From: a virus | Lineage: Duplodnaviria; Caudoviricetes | DNA: 59,854 nt | Reading direction: 5' to 3' (one strand) | Virus record (IMG/VR): IMGVR_UViG_3300038470_000079 | Location: 1-59,854 of that record | Part shown: positions 17,673 to 28,081 of the stretch, piece by piece | How the letters are laid out: each line of letters starts with the position of its first letter | Position numbering within the stretch: position 1 is the stretch's first letter | Notes under the pieces: model-generated | Database searches by the model: none | What the model was told of the DNA's origin: nothing | What the model saw: the letters and a program-made list of their open reading frames with translations, nothing else | Position numbers and translations under genes: made by a program

Positions 17673-17863
17673 TGGGTGGGTTCCTTCTGCCGCGCTTCGC
17701 GGCGCCATTTCCAGATCAGGTAGGCGAGCTGCGCGATCACGTAGACGCCGGTGACCAGACCGACCACGATGGTGGTCCACTGGTCCGCGGTCAGCGACAT
17801 CGTGACCGCACCTGCGATGGCGGGCGTGGCCTTGAGCGATTCCTGTGCTACTTCATGCTGCAC
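17669..17863 (-). CDS. Putative holin
   Basis: Small TM protein with basic C-terminus (WKWRRE), SD GGAGGG. Confidence 0.65.
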   Translation of the reverse strand: MQHEVAQESLKATPAIAGAVTMSLTADQWTTIVVGLVTGVYVIAQLAYLIWKWRREARQKEPTQ

Positions 17864-17919
17864 GGTCCGTTCCCTCCAAGCCGGATTGTCAACGGTCTGC
17901 CGGCTGGCTGCCACGACTG

Positions 17920-20900
17920 TTACTCCTTACCCTTAGTCGAGGACGCCTCAGCGACGCGGGTGCGCACTTCGGTGTCCTTGATGTTGCCCAGCACCAGCTC
18001 GCGCGGTGCACCGTCGCGAATGCGTTTGGCCTCCTGCTCGACGTACTCGTTCACCTTCTCGGGGAAGAGGCGCTTCCACACGCGCATTGCCGGTGCCTCG
18101 GTCTTGCCGCTGATCGCGATGCGGCCGCCATGGCGTTCAGCGAACGCGCGGTACAGCGCGTCGGCGATGCCTTTGCCACGCCAGGCCGGCTCGACCTTCA
18201 CCATGTCGACGCTCGCGTTCTCGCCGATCTGCTCAGCCTGCCCGCGGCGCAGGTTGTCGCGCAGGTACCCGATCATCTTGCCATCGGGACCGAAGACCTC
18301 GAAGCCGTGATCGCGTTCTTTGATCGTCACGCCTTCGGGTACTTTGCGGCTGCGGGTCTTGGCGGCGGCTTCTTCCCCTTCGCCCGGCGTGCCACGCTGT
18401 ACGCGATTGCCACCGCCTGCTTCTGGGGCTTTCCCGCCTTCATCTCCGCCGCCACGTTCTTGCTGAACGCCTTCTTGCTTGGGGACTTCACGAGCGGCAT
18501 TGGTGGCCTCCTTCTTCAACGGTGGCAGCAGTTCGCGGGCCTCGCCCGCGGGGATCTTCTCGACGGGTTCGACACCGGAGTTCGTGACCTCGGTGGCCTC
18601 ACCCACGGGCAGCGGCTTCGCGTCCGGCGCCCGGCCGGTAGCGGGCTCGCTCGGCAGCTCAGTGGCCTCACCCGCAGGGATCTTACCTTCGAGCTTCGCA
18701 GCCTGGGCTTCCAGCGACGCACGCAGCGCGGGGGTCTCCGCACGCGCGGCCAAGCGGCGCAGCTCGTCGATATCGTCCTCGCGTGCGCGAGCGTTGGCCT
18801 GATCCTTCAGTTCCTTCTTGATCTTCGCGGCTTCGCTGGCCAGCGCCTTCTTCGCGGTCGGCGACTGTGCGGTGGCCTGCAGGCGTTCGAGCTCCAGCAG
18901 CCGCGGGTCGGGCATCTCGATGTCGGTGGCCTCACCGGCCGGAATCGGTTCGTCTGACGGGCGCTGCTGGCTACGGGCCAGCTGCGCATCGTCGGACTGC
19001 ATGGCCTCGCCGGTGGCGGCGTCCGCAGCCACCTCGCGCGGCTCGCCCGCCACCATCGTGTCGGGCAGATCCGGCCGACCGGGCACGGCCGGTACCTGCT
19101 CGCCGGCGCGGCGTGCCGGGCTGGCATCACGGGCGTCACCGCTTCGAACCACCCGAGCCGGCGGCATGCCGTCACCCACCGCGGGCACCAGGTCGTCGGC
19201 GGGTACGACCTCTTCACGGCCGCGGGCCGGCGCGGCGCCACGCGTGGTGTCCCAGTCCGGTGTCAGGTCGCCCAACGGGCTTTCTGCGACGGCCGCGGGC
19301 CGGGCCGGGAACGGTGTTTGGCCGGCCGTGAGTTCGGGTTCGGCCGGTGCAGGGCCCTTCGGCTTCGGGCGCTGGACGAAGAGATCCTGTGCGGTCTTGG
19401 TCAGCAGGCCTGCACGGGCGGCCGGCCGGGCGCCTAGCATCAGGGCTTCCTTGCCCACCAGCGCCAGGCCGGCGTCCATGATGGTCGGACCGGTGTTGCC
19501 GACCTTTTCAGTGCGTTGCACCAGCCGCGGATGTGCCTGAGCGAACTCGGCCACCAGCTGCGCCTTGCCGGCCAGCGGCACACCCTTCTTCAGTTCGCGC
19601 CCGTACACCGCCGCATCGATGTTGCCGGTGGCGTCGTTCAGGGCCTTGTCAGCGGTGTAGGTCTTGGCGATGCGCACGCGCGCCTTGCGGTAGTCGGCCA
19701 CCACGTTGGCGAGTTTCGGGTTCGTCTTCGCGGCTTCCTGCAGATGCGCATCCACCGCGTCATCCAGCGCCTCGGCCATCTTGCGGTAGGCCTTGCCCAG
19801 GGCCTTGTCGCCAGCGCGGTAGGCCTTGTCGGCGTCGTTGCGCAGCAGCTTGACCTCTTCTACCGCCGCGGTGGCTGCGAACTCGCTGCGCGGGGTGACC
19901 GTGCCGTCCTCGCCCTTCTTGCCGCGCAGACCATCCATGACCCGCTGGAACGGCTTCTCGGTCCGGTGCTCGAACGATTCGGCAGCGGTGTCGTAGGCCT
20001 TCTCAACCTCATCGAGCGCCTTCTGGAACTTGGCCCCGACCTTCACCCGGCCGACGTTCTTCACCGCCTCGTAGGCCTTGCCTTCCTCGGTGCGAATGTC
20101 GGCCAGCGCCTGCCGGCTGAGCGGCACGTCGGCGGCCAGCCCGAGATCCTCGCGCACCAGGTTGTTGACCGTCTCCGCGTTCCTCTCGCTGGCGGCCTTT
20201 GCGAGCTTCGGTTCGCCGGCCAGACCCTCGATCGTGCGGCTGGTCTTGCCCGCCTTGGCCTCGGACGGCGTGAGCACGAAACCGGCCTCGCGGAAGCGTT
20301 CCATCTGCTCCAGGCGCGGCGCATCGAGCTTGTCAGCGCGGGCCTGCGCTGCGGTCTTCGCGGTCGCGGCTTCGGCGCGCCGGCCGGCCGCGCGGGCACC
20401 CGTAGCGCCGCCAGCGGCGCCCAGCACCGCGGTCATGCCGACCTCGGCCGCGTCCGGCGCCAGCGGCTGTTTCAGATCCTCGAACTGGGGGCCTTCCGGC
20501 AAGGCCTCGTTCGCCGCCGCGCGGGCGCCGACACCGGCCGGCACGTTCACAGCCAGGCCCGTGGCCGCGCCGGTGGCGCCCTGCCCCAGAGCGGTCTTGG
20601 CCGTGCGGCCGGCCACGCGCCCCACACCCAGCGGCAGCGCGGCCAGCGCAGCGTCGCCCGCAGCCTGCACGCCGCCCGCCCGCACCGCGTCCTCGGTGCT
20701 GCCGCCACGCTGGATCACCTCGCGAGCGCGTTCCTCGCCACCGGCGCCGGAGCCCGCGACCATCAGGCCGGCACCCATCATCGCGGCGCCGCCCAAGAAC
20801 TCGCCAGCGCGGTTGAACTTCTCGCCGGGTTGGGGTGCGTACTCCTCGGCCATGCGCTGCTGGCGCAGATCCATGTTGCGGAAGATCTCGTCCTGGCCAG

Positions 20901-21117
20901 CCGTGTCGCCAGCCAGCCCAGCCAGCCCGGCGGCGGCCTGATCGACCACACCCACGACTTGCCGGGCTACGAGGCCGGCCGTGCGCAGCGCCGAGTCGAT
21001 GAAGCCGACCTTGCGCTGCGGAGGCGGTGCGGCTGTGGCGAAGTCTTGCCACGGCGGGGCTTCACCCGCCGCTGGCGCGGCTGGGGCCCGGAAATCGTCC
21101 CACGGACCGGCCATCAC
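17920..21117 (-). CDS. Large internal virion/ejection protein with a C-terminal GNAT-like domain
   Basis: N-terminal PWDDF/PWQDF motifs, Gly/Ala hydrophobic segments, C-terminal [14 protein letters not shown]. Confidence 0.7.
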   Translation of the reverse strand: MMAGPWDDFRAPAAPAAGEAPPWQDFATAAPPPQRKVGFIDSALRTAGLVARQVVGVVDQAAAGLAGLAGDTAGQDEIFRNMDLRQQRMAEEYAPQPGEKFNRAGEFLGGAAMMGAGLMVAGSGAGGEERAREVIQRGGSTEDAVRAGGVQAAGDAALAALPLGVGRVAGRTAKTALGQGATGAATGLAVNVPAGVGARAAANEALPEGPQFEDLKQPLAPDAAEVGMTAVLGAAGGATGARAAGRRAEAATAKTAAQARADKLDAPRLEQMERFREAGFVLTPSEAKAGKTSRTIEGLAGEPKLAKAASERNAETVNNLVREDLGLAADVPLSRQALADIRTEEGKAYEAVKNVGRVKVGAKFQKALDEVEKAYDTAAESFEHRTEKPFQRVMDGLRGKKGEDGTVTPRSEFAATAAVEEVKLLRNDADKAYRAGDKALGKAYRKMAEALDDAVDAHLQEAAKTNPKLANVVADYRKARVRIAKTYTADKALNDATGNIDAAVYGRELKKGVPLAGKAQLVAEFAQAHPRLVQRTEKVGNTGPTIMDAGLALVGKEALMLGARPAARAGLLTKTAQDLFVQRPKPKGPAPAEPELTAGQTPFPARPAAVAESPLGDLTPDWDTTRGAAPARGREEVVPADDLVPAVGDGMPPARVVRSGDARDASPARRAGEQVPAVPGRPDLPDTMVAGEPREVAADAATGEAMQSDDAQLARSQQRPSDEPIPAGEATDIEMPDPRLLELERLQATAQSPTAKKALASEAAKIKKELKDQANARAREDDIDELRRLAARAETPALRASLEAQAAKLEGKIPAGEATELPSEPATGRAPDAKPLPVGEATEVTNSGVEPVEKIPAGEARELLPPLKKEATNAAREVPKQEGVQQERGGGDEGGKAPEAGGGNRVQRGTPGEGEEAAAKTRSRKVPEGVTIKERDHGFEVFGPDGKMIGYLRDNLRRGQAEQIGENASVDMVKVEPAWRGKGIADALYRAFAERHGGRIAISGKTEAPAMRVWKRLFPEKVNEYVEQEAKRIRDGAPRELVLGNIKDTEVRTRVAEASSTKGKE

Positions 21118-23186
21118 TGCACCCGTTCCCAGTTAGCCTGCACCGCCGGATCACCACCCTTGAACCGGTAGCCCTTCATCACGGTGCCCACTGGCGGGGG
21201 CGCAGGCTTGCCGGCTGGCGCAGCTGCCGGCGCGGGTTGGCTGCCGGCAGCGCCCGCGGCAGAGGCCGGTGCTGCCGGTGTTGCGGGCTGCGCTGCACCA
21301 CCCACATTCAGGCCGCCGGTGAGCGCCTCACGCTGCTGCGTACGAACGGTGCCCACCGAACGGCCCGCAGCGTCCATCTCCCTCTTCAACTGCTTGATGG
21401 CTGCCTCGACCTGGTCGTGGCTGAACGCCGCTTCGAGCATTTCGCGTGCGTGCTGTTTGTCGTGCACGGTCGGTTGGCCAACCGGCGACACGGCACGGGA
21501 GTACGCGTTGATGAACGAGTTGAGCGCGCCGCCGTACTGCACAACCTCCGGATCACCCGTGTTGCGCTCGTAGGCGATGATGGCCTTGTTGATCGGGATG
21601 AAGTCGGTGCGGCCGACAGCTTTCGAGGTTTCGGTGACCAGATCAGCCATCTCGTAGGCTTCCGCCTTGGCCAGCCCGAAGTTGGCTGCCCGCGTACCGA
21701 GCGCGCGGGCGCCGGCCTTGCCCTCGGCAATCTGCGCTTGGTTGGCCAGCATCTCGCCGGACCCACCGCTGATCTGCGGCACGCGCTGCACGATGTCGCT
21801 GTACATGGTCTTGCCGGCGCCGGACTGCGCGAATCGCGGGGGCAGCGTGCCACCCTTGGCGACGAGTTCAGCCCAGTAGTCGACCTGCTTCTTGTACGCC
21901 TCGTCCTTGTTGTACTGATCGCTGAACGTGGCCGCGCCACCCGCGCCAGCGCCCACCGTCGGCCGCGACCTGATGCCGGAAATCAGGTCACCGCGACGGC
22001 GCTTGTACTCGTCGTCGTCCATGAGGCCGTCGATGTAGTCGTTCTCCAGCAGTTCCAGGCGGTTCTTCAGGTCCGCAGCACCTGCTTGGCCGGCCGAGGA
22101 CGGGGCAGCGGTCTTGGGCAGGCTGCGTTCGCTGATGACCTTGCCCGTGTTGGGGTCCACCTCACGTTCGAGCATGGTGCCGCCCAGGTCCACGCGCTCA
22201 CGTTGCACCTGCTTCTTGCCGGGCTTGATCGCGAGATTGAACTCGCTGAAGTACTTGTCGACCTCCGGTCCGGCTTCGCGCTGACCTTGAGCGAGGCGCT
22301 CCTGCAAGCGCGGGTCCTGCAGGGCCGTGGTGAGCGTGCCGAGGTTGCCGACCCAGTCCATGGCCTTCTGGATGTCCAGCACCGAGACGACATCGTCAGG
22401 GTTCGAAGACCGATCCTTCGTCATCGGTGCGTCGTAGTAGCGCTCACCGGCATCACCAGGCCGCTGCACGTAGACCCGCAGCCGCGGGATCACCTTGTTG
22501 GGGTGATCGACGCCGTTCGCGTCGCGCGCCGGGTCCAGGCCGATGATCTCCTTGCGCGTGATCGTGCCGCCGTACGGGCTGGGCGAACCCACACCGATAC
22601 GCAGCGAGGGTTCGAGCAGGCCGTTCACGGCCTGCAGCACGAGGCCCTGGTTGCCGGTCTCCATGCCGGCCTGCAGGTCGGCCGAGTGCTTCGGCATGCC
22701 CTGCAGATCCTTCATCGTCATGCCAGTGCCCAGGGTCACGGTGCGGTACAACTGCGCCGGCGTCATCTGGTCCAGGCTGACCTGCCCGGTGGCCAGCCGC
22801 GAGGCGTCGTCCAGCGCCTGCTGGCGCAAGCCGGCCAGGCGTGCCGACACCTGACCGTACTCCTCCGCTACGCCTGCTGGCGCCGCTTCGCCCGCTGCGG
22901 TCGCCCGGGCACCGATGTCGACCAGTTCCTTGCGTCGTGTCTCCAGGCCGGTCTGCGCCCGCGTGTTCGCGTCGCGGCGCTCCGCGTCCACGAGTCGGCG
23001 CTCGGCGCGCTGATCAGCCGAGCGGCGCAAGCCCAGTTCTTCATCGGCGCGTTTGTCCGCAGCCGCGTACCGGGCTTCCTGCGCCGTGGCGGCGCGCTTG
23101 GCCTCCTGCTGCTGGTCGAACCGCAGCCCGAGACCGAAGCCGGTTTCGATACCGCGTGCCGCTGCAGCGCCTGTAGAGGTTGCCAT
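21114..23186 (-). CDS. Internal virion/ejection protein
   Basis: Helical, Ala/Gln-rich, ends GYRFKGGDP....NW, located in the ejection block. Confidence 0.7.
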   Translation of the reverse strand: MATSTGAAAARGIETGFGLGLRFDQQQEAKRAATAQEARYAAADKRADEELGLRRSADQRAERRLVDAERRDANTRAQTGLETRRKELVDIGARATAAGEAAPAGVAEEYGQVSARLAGLRQQALDDASRLATGQVSLDQMTPAQLYRTVTLGTGMTMKDLQGMPKHSADLQAGMETGNQGLVLQAVNGLLEPSLRIGVGSPSPYGGTITRKEIIGLDPARDANGVDHPNKVIPRLRVYVQRPGDAGERYYDAPMTKDRSSNPDDVVSVLDIQKAMDWVGNLGTLTTALQDPRLQERLAQGQREAGPEVDKYFSEFNLAIKPGKKQVQRERVDLGGTMLEREVDPNTGKVISERSLPKTAAPSSAGQAGAADLKNRLELLENDYIDGLMDDDEYKRRRGDLISGIRSRPTVGAGAGGAATFSDQYNKDEAYKKQVDYWAELVAKGGTLPPRFAQSGAGKTMYSDIVQRVPQISGGSGEMLANQAQIAEGKAGARALGTRAANFGLAKAEAYEMADLVTETSKAVGRTDFIPINKAIIAYERNTGDPEVVQYGGALNSFINAYSRAVSPVGQPTVHDKQHAREMLEAAFSHDQVEAAIKQLKREMDAAGRSVGTVRTQQREALTGGLNVGGAAQPATPAAPASAAGAAGSQPAPAAAPAGKPAPPPVGTVMKGYRFKGGDPAVQANWERVQ

Positions 23187-23187
23187 G

Positions 23188-23448
23188 TCAGTCGAAGAGT
23201 TTCGAAGCGATTGCGCCGATGCCGCCACCGATCATCGTGCCCAGGGGGCCGAATGCGGTACCCACCGTGGCACCGAGCGTGGCGCCCAGCTGCCGATTGC
23301 CAGCCTTGCGCTGCTGCTCGATCTGCTGGTTCTGGAGGTCGCGCGCCTGCTCCTGGTCCGCTGCCTCACCAGCAGCCCTCAGCGCTTCACGACCCTGGTC
23401 CTGACCGATGCTGGCCAGCGAGGCGCCGATGTTCAGTCCACGGGCCAT
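23188..23448 (-). CDS. Small glycine-zipper virion protein
   Basis: GATLGATVGTAFGPLGTMIGGGIGA. Confidence 0.65.
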   Translation of the reverse strand: MARGLNIGASLASIGQDQGREALRAAGEAADQEQARDLQNQQIEQQRKAGNRQLGATLGATVGTAFGPLGTMIGGGIGAIASKLFD

Positions 23449-23449
23449 G

Positions 23450-23854
23450 TCACACCCCCTGCGGCGCTGGGTTGCCCAGCACCGATTGCTGTCGTTGCGT
23501 GGTCAGGTCGCGCGCCACGTTCTGCGCCTGCACGTCCGCGAGCGAGCGCGACAGGCCGGTGGCACGCTGCTGCGCGGCCTGCTGTTCGGGCGTCAGCTGC
23601 AGGCCCAGACCGCGAAACCGGCGCTCGGTTGCACCGGCTTGTGCATCGAAGGCCTGGTTCACGTTCTGGCTCGCCTCGTTCATCGCGTTGGTGGCCGCCA
23701 TCGGGTCGGTGGCCATCTGGATCATCTGGTTCTCGATGGGCACAAAAGTGCCGACGTAGTTCGCCCACTGTTCGCGCGTCAGTGCAGCGAACACCTCTGC
23801 GGCCGAACCCCGCGGAGTGGGCGCGCTGTAAGGCAGTCCAGTTGCCATCGTCAA
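23450..23854 (-). CDS. Putative internal virion protein
   Basis: Ala/Gln-rich ORF, coupled within the virion block. Confidence 0.65.
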   Translation of the reverse strand: MTMATGLPYSAPTPRGSAAEVFAALTREQWANYVGTFVPIENQMIQMATDPMAATNAMNEASQNVNQAFDAQAGATERRFRGLGLQLTPEQQAAQQRATGLSRSLADVQAQNVARDLTTQRQQSVLGNPAPQGV

Positions 23855-24510
23855 TCTCCGCTCGTGCCGGCACGCATGAACCTGTCCATGGCGTTCAGGC
23901 CGGTAACGCCGGACAGATCGTTGGTGGTGCCGATGCCGGTGCCCTGGAAGTTCTTCAGGCCTTGTTGCAGACCGTAGCCGGCGAACTGGCCCGCGAGCTC
24001 GGCGTTGCCGGCTCGGCTCGCCAACGAGTTCTCGGCGTCCATCACGGCTTGCCGGGAGCTCTGCCGAGCCTGCGTGGTCAGCGCATCACCCACCGACGCG
24101 CGCTCACCCCGACCCATCGCGGTCAGTGCGCTCAGGCCTTCCATGTACGCGTCGTCCATCTGCTGGTCGGTGATCGTGAGACCCAGGCCGGTGGAGGCTG
24201 CTTCGTCATCACCCATGCCGCCCAACGCCGCTACGGCCCGACCGGAGTTCAGGCCAGCACCGCTGCCCGCGAGACGCTCCTCGGCGGCCTTGCTGGCCTG
24301 CGCGAACTGGGCGGCGGTGTCGGTGGAAGCCTTGCCCTCGGCCAGGCGCTCCTGCGGGGACCCCGACTGCCCGGAGGCCTGGATCTGCGCGGCGAGCCGG
24401 CGCTGCAGCGGCAGCCAGCGCTGCTTCCAGTCCTGGAACGATCGCTGGGCGAACTGAGCCTGAGCCCGCTGCTGCGGGGTCTCCTGGACTTCATCGCCTT
24501 TACCGGCCAT
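23851..24510 (-). CDS. Putative internal virion protein
   Basis: MAGKGDEVQETPQQRA..., Ala/Gly/Gln-rich. Confidence 0.65.
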   Translation of the reverse strand: MAGKGDEVQETPQQRAQAQFAQRSFQDWKQRWLPLQRRLAAQIQASGQSGSPQERLAEGKASTDTAAQFAQASKAAEERLAGSGAGLNSGRAVAALGGMGDDEAASTGLGLTITDQQMDDAYMEGLSALTAMGRGERASVGDALTTQARQSSRQAVMDAENSLASRAGNAELAGQFAGYGLQQGLKNFQGTGIGTTNDLSGVTGLNAMDRFMRAGTSGD

Positions 24511-24892
24511 CGACACGCCTCACGAAGTCGTTGCCGCGGCGGGTCCACTCAAGGCCCAACCGTCGGGACCACCCTCGCCGCCGCGCGTGAAACGCGATGG
24601 TCTGGGCTCCGAGGTCGCGTGCTAGGGCCAGCAACGCGGGGCCTTGCCGTTCAAATGCTCCGTAGCGCAGTGCCACACCGAGCCAGATGAACATCTCCAG
24701 GGCTGCACCGTACGGCTGCAGCGCGATGACGATCACGCCATCATCACACGCCAGGCAGACGGCGCGCTCAGCTTCGCATTCTGCCCGGATTTCGGCAATC
24801 TCGGAAGAGGTCACCGTTCCGGGCTTCAGATGCCGGCAGATCTCGGCCACCAGCGCCGGGTCCTCGAAGCGGAACCCGGTATCGGCGATCAC
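24500..24892 (-). CDS. Acetyltransferase-like virion-block protein
   Basis: IWLGV...LARDLGAQTIAF...R.GW.R, positioned just before the ejection genes as in many podoviruses. Confidence 0.5.
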   Translation of the reverse strand: MIADTGFRFEDPALVAEICRHLKPGTVTSSEIAEIRAECEAERAVCLACDDGVIVIALQPYGAALEMFIWLGVALRYGAFERQGPALLALARDLGAQTIAFHARRRGWSRRLGLEWTRRGNDFVRRVDGR

Positions 24893-25140
24893 AGCGGATC
24901 TTCACCGCCGGCCGCCCACGGGCACAGGCCGCCCAACACGGTCCACATGGCGTCCTTCAGGTCAGGTGTGCCCTTCCCGCTGACGCGGTCGTAGACCTCC
25001 TTGGCGACAGCAAGTGCTACCGCAGCACCGAGGCCCCAGACGCGGTCGCCGGTCGCTCGGCTCACCGCTGCGCTGATCGCCGCTCCCCACAGGAAGTGGT
25101 TGGCCTTGTCCTGCGGGATCATCAGTTTCGCGAAGTCCAT
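24889..25140 (-). CDS. Small membrane protein
   Basis: DKANHF...AKE.YD...D..DA..T..G pattern. Confidence 0.65.
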   Translation of the reverse strand: MDFAKLMIPQDKANHFLWGAAISAAVSRATGDRVWGLGAAVALAVAKEVYDRVSGKGTPDLKDAMWTVLGGLCPWAAGGEDPL

Positions 25141-25152
25141 CGTTTCTTTCCC

Positions 25153-26094
25153 TCACCACGCAATGATGCAGACGTAGCCGGGGCCACCCCGGCTCGCGCG
25201 AGCGGCCGGGGTGCTGCCGGTGAGTGCACCGCCCATGCCGCCCCCGCCGCAACCGAACCCATTACCATCACCGCCGGCTGCCTGCACAAGGCCCGCGCCG
25301 GTGGCGCTTCCGTGCGTGGAGCCACCGCCGGTGCCGCCATAGCCGAAGTGCAGGCCCTGCGTGAAGTTCCGGAACCCGGGACTGCCGCGCCCGGGCGGCG
25401 TGGTTGCCGAGGTGGTCCCGGTGCCGCCAGGCTGCGTCAGGTACCGCAATGCTGGGGTGGGTGGGTTGATCGACCCGGCCGCAGACCCGTTTGAGCCGGC
25501 AACACCCAGCCCTGCGCCGCCAGTGCCTGCCGTACTCATGATGCCGGACGTTGACACCGCCACGGCTACGCTACTGCCTGTCGTTCCTCCAGCAGACCCG
25601 GGTTGACCAGACAAGTACTGCGCCAAACCTAACCCACTGAAAGAGTTGGCGGCCAGACTAGACGCTGCACCCCCGGAGCCGGCGCCCCCACCTGTGCCCG
25701 CTGCTGCATTACCACCGAGCGTGCCTGCCGCAGCCGTCAGGACCAAGTGCGCCCCAGTAGATGCGTTGGGCTGTATGGCAACCCTGGTCACCAGGCCGGT
25801 CCCCAGTTTCGGCGCGCCCGCACTCACGTAGAGCACGTCTGGTAGCAAGCATGCCGGCAGGAGGATCGTGGCTTGTGCACCGCTGCCGCCACCGCCGCCA
25901 CCCGCGGCCGCCGAATTGGCGCCAATCACGCCTGTGCCGCCACCACCCCCGGCACCTTGGCCGAAGATGTACACCATCGAGCAGCCGGGGGGCTTGTGCC
26001 ACACCCGCCACTCGGTGTCGGCGACCACGGCCCAGCCCGGGAAATGCTGTACATCAGCCCGGTGAGCCGGCGGCAAGTGACCACTGAAGAGCAT
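25153..26094 (-). CDS. Glycine-rich tail fibre-associated protein
   Basis: W.KP.G....I...GAGGGGG...GG.GYVCIIAW. Confidence 0.7.
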   Translation of the reverse strand: MLFSGHLPPAHRADVQHFPGWAVVADTEWRVWHKPPGCSMVYIFGQGAGGGGGTGVIGANSAAAGGGGGGSGAQATILLPACLLPDVLYVSAGAPKLGTGLVTRVAIQPNASTGAHLVLTAAAGTLGGNAAAGTGGGAGSGGAASSLAANSFSGLGLAQYLSGQPGSAGGTTGSSVAVAVSTSGIMSTAGTGGAGLGVAGSNGSAAGSINPPTPALRYLTQPGGTGTTSATTPPGRGSPGFRNFTQGLHFGYGGTGGGSTHGSATGAGLVQAAGGDGNGFGCGGGGMGGALTGSTPAARASRGGPGYVCIIAW

Positions 26095-26099
26095 GGGGT

Positions 26100-26630
26100 T
26101 CAGCGCCTGGCCAGCCGACTGATCGACGCGGACAGCAGAGCGGGGTCGGGCTGCGTCAGCTCGATCGGCACGTTCATGATTTCGGCCGCCCGACCAACCG
26201 CGAGCGCCCCGCCTTGCTCCAGCGAGAGCACCGCGACGGAAATCGGTGTCTGCACTCCGAGCTTGACGCTGGTGGCGAACTCCATGCGGTGGAAGAACAC
26301 ACTCACGAAATCCTGCGCCTGTTGCGTCTGCTTGTGCCGGCGCACCAGGTCGCGTTGCTCGACATCGGTGAATCGATCCCACAGCACCTCTTTCGTGGTG
26401 TAGCGGATCGACGGCGGCGCGTCGGGAGGGATCGGGTCTGGCAGTGCCCACGGCGGTTGCGGTGGGTTGTCGTTCAGCACACGGCTCGGGCCAGCCAGCA
26501 GGCTCGGGTCGATGGTGACGCCGTCGAGTGTGGTGTACCGCTGCACCTCGCCGTTGTAGATCTCCTGGTAGCAGTCGAAGGGAGGCGTGTTGCCCGGCGG
26601 GTTCGTGAAGCGCACGAGGATGTAGAACAT
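26100..26630 (-). CDS. Tail-associated hypothetical protein
   Basis: SD AAAGGA; RFT..E and GRAAEI motifs. Confidence 0.6.
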   Translation of the reverse strand: MFYILVRFTNPPGNTPPFDCYQEIYNGEVQRYTTLDGVTIDPSLLAGPSRVLNDNPPQPPWALPDPIPPDAPPSIRYTTKEVLWDRFTDVEQRDLVRRHKQTQQAQDFVSVFFHRMEFATSVKLGVQTPISVAVLSLEQGGALAVGRAAEIMNVPIELTQPDPALLSASISRLARR

Positions 26631-26645
26631 AGGCCATCTTTCCTT

Positions 26646-27092
26646 TCAAGCCGGATCGTACTGACCGGCAATCGGGGTGAATATCCACCCAGCGGACACT
26701 GCCGTAGCCAGCCCGGCATAGATCCGGAAGCCAGGTGGCAGCGCCACGCGCGGCAGGATGTAGTCGATCTCAGGGCCTGTGACGGCGGTCGCGCTGGCGG
26801 TCGTGATGGGTAGCGCCAGTTCGCCGATAAACGAGTTGTTCGCTGCGGTGGTGTTGGCGCTGCCGTTGTTCAGGAAGAACCGCACGAGGCTGGCCACGTT
26901 CGTGCCAGCCGCTTTGCAGCGGATCACACCAACGTAGCTGCCCTGAGGACCGGCAGTGTGCACGAGCACGTTGTTGGCGCCCGCACCGGTGAAGTCGTTG
27001 GCGGCCGCGGTGACCGGCTGCGACATCGTAGTGCCGTTGTTGGTCGAGACATCGCCGCGCGCGGTGAAGATGGGCTGTGTGTTTGCTGCCAT
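26646..27092 (-). CDS. Tail-associated hypothetical protein
   Basis: MAANTQPIF..., beta-rich, in the tail block. Confidence 0.7.
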   Translation of the reverse strand: MAANTQPIFTARGDVSTNNGTTMSQPVTAAANDFTGAGANNVLVHTAGPQGSYVGVIRCKAAGTNVASLVRFFLNNGSANTTAANNSFIGELALPITTASATAVTGPEIDYILPRVALPPGFRIYAGLATAVSAGWIFTPIAGQYDPA

Positions 27093-27100
27093 GGAGATAC

Positions 27101-28081
27101 CTACGTTGCGCCGCCGGCCGCCATCGTAGCAGCGATAACCCGGCCCAGTGTCATGAACCCGATAGTGTTCGGCGCCAAGTCCGCGATGTCTTGCGCAGTG
27201 GTCTGCTGCAGCACTCCACCGTCCGACACCGCGATCACCTCGTCCCCAGCCAAGCTCCCCGCCGCCGGCAGTCCATCAAACGCCACCGCGATCTCCGGAT
27301 CGCCAGTGATGCCTTCCGGGTTGGTGACCTCGATGCCGGCCCCCTCGGTCAGCGCACGCGACGCGAAATCTGCACCGGTCCAGACCACCAAACCGCCGCC
27401 CAAAGTCAGCAGGTCGTTGATGGTCTCGACGGCGGCACGTACCAGACCCCAGGTGGCGGGCAGGAAGGTTTCGTACTCGGAGTAGACGCCCGGGTACTGC
27501 AGTGCCGGCCAGCCCGGCGAGACCTCGATCATGTCGCTGGCCACCGCCACGCCGACAGGAATCGCGACGTTCACGTAGTCGGGGAATTGCGTGAGGCCAT
27601 CCAGGCCTACATACACCGGCCCGCCGATCTCGAACACCGCACCGGCGATGGTCATCGTGCCTGACAAGCGCACGACCACGTTCCCGCCAACGCCAGCCGA
27701 TTGCGTGGCCACGCCCACCATGCCGTAACGCGCCAGCGGGTCAGCGGGCACCGCAGGCGACACACCAGTGTCAGACGAAGCGTAGACCACGTCGTTCTCT
27801 TGGACCGCGACATCGGCGCGGAAAACCTTGGTCTCCACGTCCGCTTCGATGACCAACGCATCGATGCGCGAGCTCAGGATCGAGATCTGCCGCTGCAGGT
27901 TGCTGATGCTGGCGTTGGCTTGCCCCTGCACCAGCGAAGACTGCCCGGCCTGGGCGCTCGCGGTCGCGAGCACGCTCTCGACGATACCGAACCTCTCACG
28001 GATCCGGTCGATCGCGACCTGCACATCCCGCAACGCCAGAGCGCGGACGCCGGGGATGGCCGGGGTGCCCAGAGTAGCCAC
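27101..28081 (-). CDS. Tail fibre/spike-like structural protein
   Basis: N-terminal coiled coil followed by a beta domain (VGVA...G.V...G...G.VY...G). Confidence 0.65.
   Translation of the reverse strand: MATLGTPAIPGVRALALRDVQVAIDRIRERFGIVESVLATASAQAGQSSLVQGQANASISNLQRQISILSSRIDALVIEADVETKVFRADVAVQENDVVYASSDTGVSPAVPADPLARYGMVGVATQSAGVGGNVVVRLSGTMTIAGAVFEIGGPVYVGLDGLTQFPDYVNVAIPVGVAVASDMIEVSPGWPALQYPGVYSEYETFLPATWGLVRAAVETINDLLTLGGGLVVWTGADFASRALTEGAGIEVTNPEGITGDPEIAVAFDGLPAAGSLAGDEVIAVSDGGVLQQTTAQDIADLAPNTIGFMTLGRVIAATMAAGGAT

Noticed and set aside
19516-23759. Long opposite-strand ORFs (e.g. 19516..21171, 21027..23759; also 1937..3880, 29044..31062, 35417..37219)
   Set aside because: Shadow ORFs expected from high-GC codon bias opposite real genes; no motifs or SD support.
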